64,000 bases of DNA from a virus, in the IMG/VR virus record IMGVR_UViG_3300009034_002625, positions 1-64,000 of that record, one strand, 5' to 3'. The translations under genes were made by a program, and so were the position numbers. The notes under the pieces are model-generated. The model did not search any database. It worked only from the letters and a program-made list of their open reading frames with translations, and had not been told where the DNA came from. Below, in pieces: positions 46,574-56,732 of this stretch. Position 1 is the stretch's first letter; every line of letters begins with the position of its first letter.

Positions 46574-47940
46574 TGGCTTTATTCAAACATCAAGTAGAAA
46601 TGATTGAGTTCGCTTTAAAACGAGATAGGTCTGGAAATTTTGGAGAGACTGGCGTTGGGAAGAGCCTTGCAACATTAGAAGTAATTAAGGAAAGAATGAA
46701 AAGAGGCGAGGTTGAGACCGTTCTGGTCATATGTCCATTGACTTTGATTTGGAACTGGCAAGAAGAAATTGAGAAATGGACAGACCTGACCTCAGTAGCA
46801 TTGAAAGGAAATCTTACGAAAAGACTAGACAATCTTAAGAAAAATGCGGATATATATCTGATAAATTATGAGGGAGTTCCCCTGATCAAATCAGCGTTGG
46901 AAGAAAAGAATTTTGATATGATTATCTTAGACGAGGCCCATAAGATCAAAAGCCGATTTGCAAGTCGAAGTCTGGCTATTTTTAGCGTGGCTGAAATGAC
47001 TCCCTATCGTATGATTTTGACAGCAACTCCAATCCTGAATATGCCTACGGATATCTACTCCGAATTCTTCTTTTTGGACCCCAAAATTCTGGGTGAGAAT
47101 TATTACGAATTCAGGGACCATTATATGAAGAATTTGAAAGAGACAAGGAAGGTTCCTCTTAATAAATGGATTGTTAGAAAAGGCAAACTCAAAGATCTTT
47201 CTGATAAGATTTTCAAGCATGCTATCAGATTCAGAAAAGCAGACTGTTTAGATCTCCCGGATCGGGTTTTTGTAGAAAGAAAGGTCGGGCTTTCCAGAGA
47301 CCAGGAGACCGCTTACATAGATTTAGCAAAGCGATTTAAGACCGAATTGGATGGCGAGATGATTACTATAGCGGGTATTTTTGCTAAATTCTTGAGACTC
47401 AATCAAGTCTGTTCTGGCTATTTGCCCGCAAAAACAGGCATTAAGCACTTTTCCAAGAATTCTAAGTTAGAACTACTAAAGGAAGTGTTAGAAGAGATAG
47501 GCGAACCCCAGACGATAGTGTGGGCATACTTCCACGAAGATATCGAGAGAATTGTAAAAGAGATTAAGAGAGCCGATTCTATCTATGGAAAGACTCCTGT
47601 AGCACAGAGACAAGAAGTAGTAAAGAGATTTCAAGAAGGTAAGATTCAATATCTTGTAGCCCATCCTGGATGTGCTGGTCAGGGATTGAATTTGACTAAT
47701 GCTCCCTATAGTATCTATTATAGTAGAAGTTTCTCCTTAATGGAAAGACTCCAGAGTTTGGGAAGGAATTATAGGATAGGCTCTGAGGTTCATTCTAAGA
47801 TTACGATTTTTGACCTTGTTTCAAAGCTTAATGCTAATGTGGTTTCGATTGATGAATATATCTTAAATTCCTTAAAAATGAAAAAGAAGATTGCGGATGT
47901 GGTTAACCGAGATTCGGCATTTAAGTTATTTGATTTTTAG
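46573..47940 (+). CDS. SNF2-family helicase/ATPase
   Basis: ETGVGKS, ILDEAHKIK, LTATP, GQGLNL, QSLGRNYRIG. Confidence 0.9.
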   Translation: MALFKHQVEMIEFALKRDRSGNFGETGVGKSLATLEVIKERMKRGEVETVLVICPLTLIWNWQEEIEKWTDLTSVALKGNLTKRLDNLKKNADIYLINYEGVPLIKSALEEKNFDMIILDEAHKIKSRFASRSLAIFSVAEMTPYRMILTATPILNMPTDIYSEFFFLDPKILGENYYEFRDHYMKNLKETRKVPLNKWIVRKGKLKDLSDKIFKHAIRFRKADCLDLPDRVFVERKVGLSRDQETAYIDLAKRFKTELDGEMITIAGIFAKFLRLNQVCSGYLPAKTGIKHFSKNSKLELLKEVLEEIGEPQTIVWAYFHEDIERIVKEIKRADSIYGKTPVAQRQEVVKRFQEGKIQYLVAHPGCAGQGLNLTNAPYSIYYSRSFSLMERLQSLGRNYRIGSEVHSKITIFDLVSKLNANVVSIDEYILNSLKMKKKIADVVNRDSAFKLFDF

Positions 47941-48166
47941 AAAGGAGAAAAAAATGAAACCCTGGAAAGCTTGTTCTGATTCAGAAAAAATTGAAAGGTT
48001 AGGAAAAGCGGTTTTTATATTGGGTGATACTTTAGCCCATTTACAGGCTCATTATGAAAAAGAAAAACATAAATCTTCTAATTTTCCAGAACCACCTTTT
48101 GATAATTATGTAGATTCAATGCATCAAGCACTTTGTAAAATTATAGGGCAGAAATTTCTGAAATAG
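47891..48166 (+). CDS. Hypothetical protein (probable start MKPWK at about 47953)
   Basis: AGGAG SD. Confidence 0.5.
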   Translation: MRMWLTEIRHLSYLIFRKEKKMKPWKACSDSEKIERLGKAVFILGDTLAHLQAHYEKEKHKSSNFPEPPFDNYVDSMHQALCKIIGQKFLK

Positions 48167-48185
48167 CAAGAAAGGAGGAAAATAA

Positions 48186-48377
48186 ATGGAGAAGTTTAGA
48201 ATTTGTTTCTTCAGCTATGAAGTAAAGGCAAAAAATAAAGCGGAAGCATTTGAGAAAGCAAAGAAATGTTTTTTCAAAGAGATTAGAGAAAAATTAAAGG
48301 TCTTAATGAAACTTTGGTATGTAGATAGTGTAACAAAACATATATTCAAAACAAAGGAAAAAAATGAAAATCGTTAA
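48186..48377 (+). CDS. Hypothetical protein
   Basis: GGAGG SD. Confidence 0.5.
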   Translation: MEKFRICFFSYEVKAKNKAEAFEKAKKCFFKEIREKLKVLMKLWYVDSVTKHIFKTKEKNENR

Positions 48378-48603
48378 ATTTCAATCAGAGGAGGGTAGCT
48401 TTACCGAAAGCTTTACCCTCAAACTGGAAGCAGTTGGAGACGATATGCTTGAAGAAGAAAATATCCAAAAGCTTTTGAAAAAATACAAAAAAGAAGATGA
48501 AAATGTTGTAGATTTTTACAACAAGGAAGACTGGATGGAATTCTTAAGAAGAAATTGTATTTGTGCAGAAGAATTAGAGCCAGATTATCAGATTTATTTT
48601 TAA
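48364..48603 (+). CDS. Hypothetical protein
   Basis: Coupled ORF. Confidence 0.5.
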   Translation: MKIVKFQSEEGSFTESFTLKLEAVGDDMLEEENIQKLLKKYKKEDENVVDFYNKEDWMEFLRRNCICAEELEPDYQIYF

Positions 48604-48612
48604 GGAGAAATA

Positions 48613-48888
48613 ATGGAAAAGAAAGCAGGTTGGAGTGGGTTTGTTATACTTGGGTTGATTGCAGTAGTAATATTCTTTGGTGGTCATAAGTTGGGATTTA
48701 GCAAAGGTTTCAAGGCTGGACAGGCAAGCAAAGGTCTAATCCTGATTGATGGAGAATTTTACCATCAAGATGAGAAAGGAATTTTGCGAGAAGTTGATGA
48801 TACTCAAAAATATATAATTATTGATGGCAAATTGCATTTAGTTGCACCGCCTCATATGAAGAGAGGAAAGATAAGGAGAAAGAAATGA
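48613..48888 (+). CDS. Membrane-anchored hypothetical protein
   Basis: N-terminal TM helix. Confidence 0.55.
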   Translation: MEKKAGWSGFVILGLIAVVIFFGGHKLGFSKGFKAGQASKGLILIDGEFYHQDEKGILREVDDTQKYIIIDGKLHLVAPPHMKRGKIRRKK

Positions 48889-49103
48889 AATTTGAACTTG
48901 AATCTGAATGGAAACCTGCAAAACCCAATTGTGTTGACTTCAAAAATAAATCTTGGCTTGCTAGATGGTTAGAGGGAATAGGTTCATACTATGAAGAAGG
49001 AAAAAGTTACTACAGTTGCAAGCTTGCATCAAAATGTGCAAATAGCAAGGGAACTAGTTATTGCAATGGGGTATTTAGGAAAAAAGGAAAGAAGAAAGAA
49101 TGA
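48885..49103 (+). CDS. Cys-containing hypothetical protein
   Basis: Coupled ORF. Confidence 0.45.
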   Translation: MKFELESEWKPAKPNCVDFKNKSWLARWLEGIGSYYEEGKSYYSCKLASKCANSKGTSYCNGVFRKKGKKKE

Positions 49104-49402
49104 AAAAAAAGAATGACTACAAAGAATATGGAATGGATTTGCAAGATCAGATAGTAGCTTTGGTCAGAGAGATAGAAACTTTGATTTTGGATTTCTGTAA
49201 GAGAAGTCCCAAGATATCTACAGACCCTAAGAAAGTTTCTATGATATTCTTGGCTACAGGAAAGCTGTTGCTTCTAATTGCCATAGACAAGGCGAAGATA
49301 GTTTGGGATTTGAAGGAACTCAAAAAAGTGGTTAAGAAATTTTACAAACAGGCCATAAAGAAATCAAAACGGAAGGAGAAAAAATGGCAACAACAGAATT
49401 AG
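49100..49402 (+). CDS. Hypothetical protein
   Basis: Coupled ORF. Confidence 0.5.
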   Translation: MKKKNDYKEYGMDLQDQIVALVREIETLILDFCKRSPKISTDPKKVSMIFLATGKLLLLIAIDKAKIVWDLKELKKVVKKFYKQAIKKSKRKEKKWQQQN

Positions 49403-49680
49403 CCGTAAAGATATGCTTAGCAATAGGATTTTTTGCATCTGTTTTTGTATTATTACTCTGTCTTTGTAGAAGAAGGATAATTTTTGGAATTGGAATGGGC
49501 TCTGGTCTTTCTTCTCTTGATATTATAAGTGATTCGCGATGGATAGTTTATTATTGGTCAGAAAAAAGTGGAGGGCGCTGTTCAGTTCCACTTTCAAAAA
49601 ATACAGCAGAGGGTTTATTTAAAAAATTTAATGAAGCAGAATATTTATTATATGTTGTAAAAAGAAAGGAGCCAAAATGA
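49384..49680 (+). CDS. Membrane hypothetical protein
   Basis: N-terminal TM helix. Confidence 0.5.
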   Translation: MATTELAVKICLAIGFFASVFVLLLCLCRRRIIFGIGMGSGLSSLDIISDSRWIVYYWSEKSGGRCSVPLSKNTAEGLFKKFNEAEYLLYVVKRKEPK

Positions 49681-50489
49681 GAATAGGAAAAGCAGTTGAA
49701 GATGGCGAACTGAAACATTTATCAAACACTTCAATAGATATGTATACAAAATGTCCATTTAGATTCTATTGTAGATACCCTTTAGGATTAAAGAAACCAC
49801 CGAGTGCAGCATTAACTTTCGGCATAAGCTTTGGAGATGCTACGGATTTGAATTATGAACAAAAAATTGTTACCCATGAAGATTTGAAAGTCAAAAAAAT
49901 AACAGATCGCTTTAATGATCGTTGGAAAGAATTGAAATCTGAAACCGAATTTACAAAAAAAGAAAAGCCAGAAGAAATTAGAAAGATAGGAGAAAAGTCT
50001 ATAGAAATATTTCAAAAAGAAATAGCTCCAATAGTTCAACCGGTAGCAATTCAGCTATTCAAAAGCGTAGACTTTGAAGGTTCAGATTTTAAGTTTGTAG
50101 GAAAACTAGATGTCGTAGACAATAAAAATGTTATCAGGGATACCAAAACTTCCTCAAGTAGGTGGAAAGATAGTGCAGCTCACGATACCCTTCAACATGT
50201 AGGATATTCATTATTATTAGATGGTCAATCAGACAAAGAAAGAGATTGTACTTATGATATCGCGGTAAAATTAAAAACACCAGTAACTCAAATAATTAAA
50301 ACAAAAGTAAGCAAAGAACAAAGAATGGGATTTCTAATTCATTTAACAAGAATAAAAATGCAGATACAACATTCAATTCAAACAGGAAACTTTCCTGCAT
50401 ACAAAACTAAAGAATGGTGGTGCTCAAAGAGATTTTGTGGTTATTTTCGTGAGTGCGAAAAAACTTTTGGTTGGAAAATCAAAGATTAA
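49677..50489 (+). CDS. PD-(D/E)XK RecB/Cas4-like exonuclease
   Basis: LSNTSIDMYTKCP, FVGKLDVV...IRDTKT, Q..GY, C-terminal CSKRFCGYFREC. Confidence 0.85.
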   Translation: MRIGKAVEDGELKHLSNTSIDMYTKCPFRFYCRYPLGLKKPPSAALTFGISFGDATDLNYEQKIVTHEDLKVKKITDRFNDRWKELKSETEFTKKEKPEEIRKIGEKSIEIFQKEIAPIVQPVAIQLFKSVDFEGSDFKFVGKLDVVDNKNVIRDTKTSSSRWKDSAAHDTLQHVGYSLLLDGQSDKERDCTYDIAVKLKTPVTQIIKTKVSKEQRMGFLIHLTRIKMQIQHSIQTGNFPAYKTKEWWCSKRFCGYFRECEKTFGWKIKD

Positions 50490-50592
50490 AAAAAGCCGAC
50501 TGGTTTTGCCAAGAGGTTTCTCGCACATTCCTTAAAGCAAAAGTAATAGGGCGCTCCTTCCTGCCAGTCGGTTAAAAAGAAAGAAAAATAAA

Positions 50593-50988
50593 ATGCAAGT
50601 ATTATCATTCAGTATGTTTAAAGAAAAGATTTTAAACAGAACCAAAGAACAAACGATAAGACGCTTGGGCACTATCAGGAAAAGAGATTATAAAAAATGG
50701 AAGAAGACTCGAAAATTTTGGTATAGACTTTATTGGAAAATGAGAACCCCTGATTGCGAAGCGTTAATGGAAGTTGCAGTTAAAAATATGATACCAATTC
50801 AAATGAAATGGAAAGGATTCGGAGAAGTATTTGCCATTAGATTTGAAAATGGCAAGGAGTTATCTCTTGAAGAAAAAAGGAAATTGGCCCACGATGATGG
50901 CTTTGAGGATTTAGCTGGTTTTAAATTATTCTTTGCTAATCATTACAATTTAAGAAAATGGCAAAATCTTGTAATTATTCGTTGGTAA
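50593..50988 (+). CDS. ASCH/PUA-like protein
   Basis: LSFSMFKEKILNRTKEQTIR...LAHDDGF...F..FF...VIIRW. Confidence 0.7.
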   Translation: MQVLSFSMFKEKILNRTKEQTIRRLGTIRKRDYKKWKKTRKFWYRLYWKMRTPDCEALMEVAVKNMIPIQMKWKGFGEVFAIRFENGKELSLEEKRKLAHDDGFEDLAGFKLFFANHYNLRKWQNLVIIRW

Positions 50989-51027
50989 AGATCAGAAAAA
51001 AAACTTACAGAAAGTGAAAGATTTCCC

Positions 51028-51056
51028 TTGACAAAACCAGAAAATTGTATTATAGA
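51028..51056 (+). promoter_or_regulatory. Putative sigma70 promoter TTGACA-N17-TATAGA
   Basis: Exact -35, partial -10, upstream of 51089. Confidence 0.5.
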
Positions 51057-51088
51057 AAATCATAATAGAAAAAAATAGATAGATAGAA

Positions 51089-51337
51089 ATGAGAGAAAAA
51101 CAAATCCAACCTAAAAAAATTCATTACGAAACAACAGATTTAAATCTCGCTGCTTATTTAAAATCTCAGGGTGTTAAGTTTATCAACGTAAGATATGGCG
51201 AGAAGTTCGCCACTTTCATATTTGAAGATATTCCCAAAACTAAAGAAATGGTTCAGGCATTTTATAAAGATACAAAGATAAATTCATTTATTCACGCTTT
51301 TAAGGAGATAAAAGCTTTACTTTTTAATCAGAAATAG
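51089..51337 (+). CDS. DUF5659-like small protein
   Basis: YETTDLNLAAYLKSQG...FIFED. Confidence 0.65.
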   Translation: MREKQIQPKKIHYETTDLNLAAYLKSQGVKFINVRYGEKFATFIFEDIPKTKEMVQAFYKDTKINSFIHAFKEIKALLFNQK

Positions 51338-51449
51338 GCTCCTCTCTGAATCGGGAAGTTTGGACTGAACTCCCGCTAAAAAGCTTGATAGCTAAGCAAG
51401 CTGGGAATGAAACAGGCTACCCAAGGGAGGAGCCGACTAGGAGATTGAA

Positions 51450-51938
51450 TTGAAAATTTTAGGAATAGATCCAGGAACTACCCAAAGTGCCTTTCTCGGA
51501 TTACGCCCTGAAGATAAATTTGGACCCATACAAATTTGGGAAAAAGGAATTATAGATAATTGTCAGCTTTTGGATAAATTGAGAATGCCCTATTCCTTTA
51601 GTGAAATAGTAGTGATTGAAATGATTGCTTGCTATGGAATGCCGGTAGGCAAAGATATTTTTGAAACTGTTAAATGGATTGGAAGATTCCAGGAAGCTTC
51701 CGAATCTACTGACAAAAAAGTAGTCCTAGTCTATCGCAAAGATATTAAATTACATCTTTGCAATTCTGCTAGGGCAAAAGATTCCAATATAAGACAAGCT
51801 TTAATAGATAGGCTTGGAAAACCAGGAACTAAAAAAGTCCCTGGAATGCTATATGGAATTAAAAAAGATATCTGGAGTGCTTTAGCAGTTTCCGTTTTCT
51901 ATGTGGATACCCTATATAAAAAAGAAAGGAGAAACTAA
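51450..51938 (+). CDS. RuvC-like Holliday junction resolvase
   Basis: KILGIDPG, VVIEMIACYGMPVG, DIWSALAV. Confidence 0.8.
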   Translation: MKILGIDPGTTQSAFLGLRPEDKFGPIQIWEKGIIDNCQLLDKLRMPYSFSEIVVIEMIACYGMPVGKDIFETVKWIGRFQEASESTDKKVVLVYRKDIKLHLCNSARAKDSNIRQALIDRLGKPGTKKVPGMLYGIKKDIWSALAVSVFYVDTLYKKERRN

Positions 51939-51940
51939 AA

Positions 51941-52138
51941 ATGAAAGTATGTGATAAGTGTGCGAAGCAAGATATCATAAGTGAAGGTAAATTTTCAGCT
52001 TGGGATTTCTTTGACAGGATGAAGAAAATATACAAGGAAGAGCTTCTTTGTTTGGTTCATTCCAAGAAATTAGATAAGTTAATTGAAGATTTTTTCCAAA
52101 ATAGAGAAGTGATAAGAAAGAAAGGAGGAAAGAAGTAA
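51941..52138 (+). CDS. Zn-binding hypothetical protein
   Basis: CDKC...CLVH. Confidence 0.55.
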   Translation: MKVCDKCAKQDIISEGKFSAWDFFDRMKKIYKEELLCLVHSKKLDKLIEDFFQNREVIRKKGGKK

Positions 52139-52317
52139 TGGAAAAAGTTTTTATTGTAGTAGTAAGTGATTCAGAAAGCACAGGATATGGAACTTATGAT
52201 ATTCTTGCAGTCTATAAAGATATAGAAAAAGCTAGAGAAAAATTGATGGAAGAAAAAAAACATTGGAAAAAACCAAGGTTTCGTGTAAACATTCTGGAGA
52301 TTCTTTATAATGATTAA
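52138..52317 (+). CDS. 59-aa hypothetical protein (MEKVFIVVV...)
   Basis: TAATG coupling, GGAGG SD; translated by hand. Confidence 0.5.
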   Translation: MEKVFIVVVSDSESTGYGTYDILAVYKDIEKAREKLMEEKKHWKKPRFRVNILEILYND

Positions 52318-52338
52318 AAGAAAGGAGAAAAAAAGATA

Positions 52339-53514
52339 ATGGCAAAACCTAAAGAAGAAACCAAGAAAAAACCACCAGTAGAAAAGAAGCCTAAAGAAGT
52401 AGTGGCAATGGTTCCGGTAGAATTGGGAGGGCTAACCATACCAGACCCGGTAGAAACAAAGAAGAGATTTCAGCAGTATCTAGCCTTAAAAGACGCAATT
52501 ACCGATGATGAAGATTATGTATTTTTCGTCATGAGACCCGGGGAAAGAGGAGATACCATAGTATTTGGATCAGAAGGATCTAGGGGAAAGAAATCATGCG
52601 AAGCAAAAGTCAAGTTGATTAAAGGTGGTTATATAAAGAAGAGGATAAAGAAGTCTGGAGTTTACAAGATAGGCACAGTCTTTGGTATCGATGCACCAAT
52701 CATAGAAGAAACCAAGGAGACTAATGAGAGATTTGTGGCCTATCATTTCAAGGTAAGAGCAGTTCATAAAGCCTCTGGAAGATTTGCTGAAGCAGTAGGA
52801 AGTGCTTCAAGTAATGAAAGAGGAAAAGGAAGTCAGCGCCCAATCCATGACCCGAGATCTACAGCAGAGACCAGAGCAAGCGAAAGAGCCATAATGAAGC
52901 TAGTAGGATTCGGAGAACTAACTGCGGAAGAGGCAGGCATGGAAGAGGTCGTAGTTCTCGATAAGAACGGTAAGGAGGTCAAGCCTACATCGGAACAGGT
53001 AAAAGTCCCAAACGTTCAACCTACCCCCCTTAGAATGAAACCTCAGAGGTCTGAGAGCACCAAGCCGGAAGAGAAAGAAGATGAGGTTTTTAAAGAGAAT
53101 TCTATCAAAAATGGGGCGATAAAAGAGGCAAGAGCAGAATTGAGGGCCTTGTTACTAAAACTGGGAGTTACCAAGATGCTACAAAGTGCTTGGCTGAAAG
53201 AAGCAGGTTATGATTTAAAGAAACTTAATGCTGATTTAGCAGAAATAGAGAAGGCTAAAGAGTATGTAAATACAGCCTTGATTGATAAAAAGAAGAAAGA
53301 ATCTAGCCAAGAAGATGTTACCACAGAAGATGAGGTATCAAGTCCATCTGAAACTTCAATAGAAGAAGTTCAGGCAGTATTTGAGAAGTTACATTATGCT
53401 CCAGATGTTATAGCAGATATCCTAGATGATCAATTTAGCAAGAAAACATTAGAAGAATTGACTCCGGAAGAGAGAAATGTGCTAAAAAAGGACTTAGAAA
53501 GTGAAATGTCTTAA
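52339..53514 (+). CDS. Putative single-strand annealing recombinase (Rad52/ERF-like fold)
   Basis: KKSGVYKI..FG, GRFAEAVGSAS.NE, STAETRASERAI..LVGFGELTAEE; near the exonuclease. Confidence 0.6.
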   Translation: MAKPKEETKKKPPVEKKPKEVVAMVPVELGGLTIPDPVETKKRFQQYLALKDAITDDEDYVFFVMRPGERGDTIVFGSEGSRGKKSCEAKVKLIKGGYIKKRIKKSGVYKIGTVFGIDAPIIEETKETNERFVAYHFKVRAVHKASGRFAEAVGSASSNERGKGSQRPIHDPRSTAETRASERAIMKLVGFGELTAEEAGMEEVVVLDKNGKEVKPTSEQVKVPNVQPTPLRMKPQRSESTKPEEKEDEVFKENSIKNGAIKEARAELRALLLKLGVTKMLQSAWLKEAGYDLKKLNADLAEIEKAKEYVNTALIDKKKKESSQEDVTTEDEVSSPSETSIEEVQAVFEKLHYAPDVIADILDDQFSKKTLEELTPEERNVLKKDLESEMS

Positions 53515-53836
53515 ATTGGATTTCTGTAAGTTATTACTACATAAGGGATTGACAGCTCATGACAGTAGGGTGTCATGGGTTAAATCATTAAAGGATAAGA
53601 ACTTATGAAGAATATGACATATGACAGTTCCAAGATGCTAAAGACAAAAAAAATAATAGGTTTTTTCCCCATGACATCTTTGACGGAAAAAAGCTACCAA
53701 AGAGAATGGTTATATTATATATATAAGCCAAAATGAAAATAACAAATAAATACAAAAGTGCTGTCCTGTTGGGAAAAACCTGTCTTTTTATTATAAATAA
53801 AGCAGGCTTGACACTTTTCTCCCAGCGGAGTCGTTA

Positions 53837-54289
53837 ATGAAAAAGTGTAAAAGTTGCATTTATGAAGAACGGAAGCAAGAAGGTGGTTGCGGTTTTTGTA
53901 GATATTATATGGACCAACCTCGTCTTCAAAGCCATTTCATTCGCAAGGTAAAATTTAGACCGAGGCTAAAAGAAGGAAAAAGAACGGGAATGATTACAAA
54001 ACGATATTCCAAATCTCATTCTTTTGGTTCAAATAGAAAAAGAATCCCGATATTAATTAAAAGAGAAGTTCTAGCTCGAGATAAAGGAAAATGTAAGATT
54101 TGCAAGAATGGTTTTGAAATAGAAATTCACCATGTTAATTTAATCCCAAGTGACAATAGACCAGAGAATTTGGCTGTTTTATGCAAAGCCCATCAAGGAA
54201 GAGCTCATACTAAAAAATATTATAAAATTTACCAAAGAATTCTAACACGTCTAATAAAGGAAGATAATGAGGCAAAAGGAACCAACTAA
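53837..54289 (+). CDS. HNH endonuclease
   Basis: VLARDKGKCKIC...EIHH...DNRPENLAVLCKAH. Confidence 0.85.
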   Translation: MKKCKSCIYEERKQEGGCGFCRYYMDQPRLQSHFIRKVKFRPRLKEGKRTGMITKRYSKSHSFGSNRKRIPILIKREVLARDKGKCKICKNGFEIEIHHVNLIPSDNRPENLAVLCKAHQGRAHTKKYYKIYQRILTRLIKEDNEAKGTN

Positions 54290-56732
54290 ACTCTCGATTG
54301 GCGAAGTGGCTCAATGCAAGATAGATCTTCTCAAAAATAATAAAGTCAAAAAGAAATTAGAAAAATTGGGTATAACAGAAAATATTATCAAAACTTTTAG
54401 GCTTGGTTTAAATCCGAATAATACTTCCCCGGGCACTTTGCTGATTCCCGCTTATGATGCGACGAAGAAATTGATAACTTATAAATATAGGGCAATTAGA
54501 ACAGGATTTAAGTGGTCTGCTACCGGACATACCAATAAAGTGCTATATCCTTTGCACACATTTGAGCCAGGAGATAGCCTTGAAAGGCTTTATATATCAG
54601 AAGGTGAATTAGATTGCTGGATACTCTGGGATAGAAAATATAAGAATCTAACTACTATGGCAGGAGTTTCTACCATACCAGATTTGGTAAAATTTATTCC
54701 CATACCTTACAAAGAAGTATTTATCTGCTTAGATAATCAAGAAATATCTAGACAGGTAGCCGCTAAGATTAGAGTTCTTTTACCTGAGAGTATGCCGGTA
54801 TACAAAATTGAATGGGGCGATCAACGACAAATAGGTTATGATGTCAAAGATTTCTTTATTAAAGATGGCCATTCTGATGAAGATTTTGAGAATTTGTTTG
54901 TCCCCTATGATCTGGTTGAAGCAGAAATGCATCTGGATTTCTTTGATTATGCTGCACCCGTTGAGGACAATCCAATAAGATTAAAAGATGGCAAATACTG
55001 GAAGGTCAAAAAGGGTAGGATGGAACCTGTTGCCAGTTTCTTTTTCAAACCGAAAGAAAGAATTATAGATGAAGATGACAAAGAAACCATTTTGATGGAT
55101 TTATTCTGCGATAAAGAAGTAACAAAGATATTTTTCGGAAAACATGATTTTGATACCAAGGCAGCTTTTAAGAATAAACTTTCCGGAGCCAAGATGAGTG
55201 TCAAGGCAAATGAAAATGATCTCCAAGATATAATGGAATTTGTGGCCAAAAGAAATTTGCCTACCAAGAAAGGTATAACAAGATTGGGAATCACTTATAT
55301 AGATGGAGAGGTTATCTACGCTTGTCCCACTGAAGTATTTGCCAAAGAGGGCAGAACCGATAGATACACCTATATAGATAAAGAGCTTCAAACCGAGAAA
55401 GAAGTAAAGCCCATAGTTATGGATGAAGAGTCTTTCAAAGAAATGTTAAAAACTTTTACTTCTCATCTTTATTCTCTACATGAAAAGCATACAACTTATT
55501 CATTCCTTGCTTGGCATTTTTTGTGTTATTTAAAACCGATATTAGAAGGCAGGGGAATGCAGGGGGGTTTCCCGATCTTAGTGATTTCTGGCGGAAGTGG
55601 TGGAGGAAAAACTACCCTTGAAAAAATATTTTTAAAAGTTACAGGATTAGAAAAGCCAGCTTTATTCTCAGCTTTGTTGACACCATTCTCAAGAGATGTG
55701 GAATCCAATATCAGCAATTCCATTCCATTTATTATTGATGAATTCAAATGGGATCTTCCAAAAGATAAAATAGCAGCATGGCAAGTATTTGCTCGTCAAA
55801 CTTATGATAGAGAAATAGTAGAAAGAGGAAAAAAAGATTTAACATTGCAAGTTTGGACCTATAGAGCGCCATTCGTAATTTCTGGAGAAGCAGATTTTGC
55901 TACCCAACAAGCTTTACTGGAAAGAGCTATTATTGTTAATCCTGATCCTAATTTTTTAAGGCGAAGCGGTATAGGTAAAAAAGCTACCACCAGAGCCTGT
56001 CAAACTTTAGAAAGCCTACCACTTACTGCTTTTCCCTATTATATGGTTCAATTTTTGAATGAGAATTTAAACAATCTTTTTGATTTCTTGAAAGAAGCAA
56101 AAGAGATAGTCAAGGCAAAAAAGGATAAAACAATATTTCTTTCACCAAGAATTTATCACAATTTGAGTCTCTTGGTTCTAGGCGGAAAGATATTTGAAAA
56201 ATTTGTCAATAAATATGGTCTGAAATTTAACTCCGATGAATTTATCGATCCTACACTTCAAGTATTCTTTGAAGAATTACAGATTATGCAAACACGTGGC
56301 AGGGCCAAAAATGCCTTTGATGTATTTCTTGAAATGTGCGGAAGTCTTGCATTTACAGGAAGACTCAAGAAACACCAAAGTTGGGATTTTGAACCTCCTT
56401 ATTTATATCTCCATTTTGCTTCTTGCTATGGAGAGTTCAGGAAATACGTAAGGGAAATTGAATTCAGAGGCGAGGTAGCCGATGAGAATGCTTACAGAAG
56501 ACAGGCAAGAACTATGAAAAAACATGGAGAATATATTGACGAAATTTCTTGGCAACATTATCTAGGAGAATTTGCAGATAGTCGCCAAATGAGAGTAATG
56601 AAGATTGATCTTCACAAAGCTTTTAAAATGGGTTTAGATATAGAAGGGTATGGATATGAACCACCAGAAAAACAGGAAGAGGAAACCAAAGAAATTGAAG
56701 ATGCTGAAAATCAACAAGGAGATCTCCTCTAA
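54267..56732 (+). CDS. Primase (TOPRIM)-helicase fusion (DUF927-like P-loop)
   Basis: ISEGELDC, ICLDNQ, GYDVKDF; SGGSGGGKTT, IIDEF. Confidence 0.85.
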   Translation: MRQKEPTKLSIGEVAQCKIDLLKNNKVKKKLEKLGITENIIKTFRLGLNPNNTSPGTLLIPAYDATKKLITYKYRAIRTGFKWSATGHTNKVLYPLHTFEPGDSLERLYISEGELDCWILWDRKYKNLTTMAGVSTIPDLVKFIPIPYKEVFICLDNQEISRQVAAKIRVLLPESMPVYKIEWGDQRQIGYDVKDFFIKDGHSDEDFENLFVPYDLVEAEMHLDFFDYAAPVEDNPIRLKDGKYWKVKKGRMEPVASFFFKPKERIIDEDDKETILMDLFCDKEVTKIFFGKHDFDTKAAFKNKLSGAKMSVKANENDLQDIMEFVAKRNLPTKKGITRLGITYIDGEVIYACPTEVFAKEGRTDRYTYIDKELQTEKEVKPIVMDEESFKEMLKTFTSHLYSLHEKHTTYSFLAWHFLCYLKPILEGRGMQGGFPILVISGGSGGGKTTLEKIFLKVTGLEKPALFSALLTPFSRDVESNISNSIPFIIDEFKWDLPKDKIAAWQVFARQTYDREIVERGKKDLTLQVWTYRAPFVISGEADFATQQALLERAIIVNPDPNFLRRSGIGKKATTRACQTLESLPLTAFPYYMVQFLNENLNNLFDFLKEAKEIVKAKKDKTIFLSPRIYHNLSLLVLGGKIFEKFVNKYGLKFNSDEFIDPTLQVFFEELQIMQTRGRAKNAFDVFLEMCGSLAFTGRLKKHQSWDFEPPYLYLHFASCYGEFRKYVREIEFRGEVADENAYRRQARTMKKHGEYIDEISWQHYLGEFADSRQMRVMKIDLHKAFKMGLDIEGYGYEPPEKQEEETKEIEDAENQQGDLL

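Noticed and set aside
49677-50489. Cas4 as part of a CRISPR system
   Set aside because: No cas1/cas2 or array; the context is a phage recombination module.
53520-53830. Possible mini-CRISPR array
   Set aside because: Repeats are only 5-8 bp, irregularly spaced and in both orientations.
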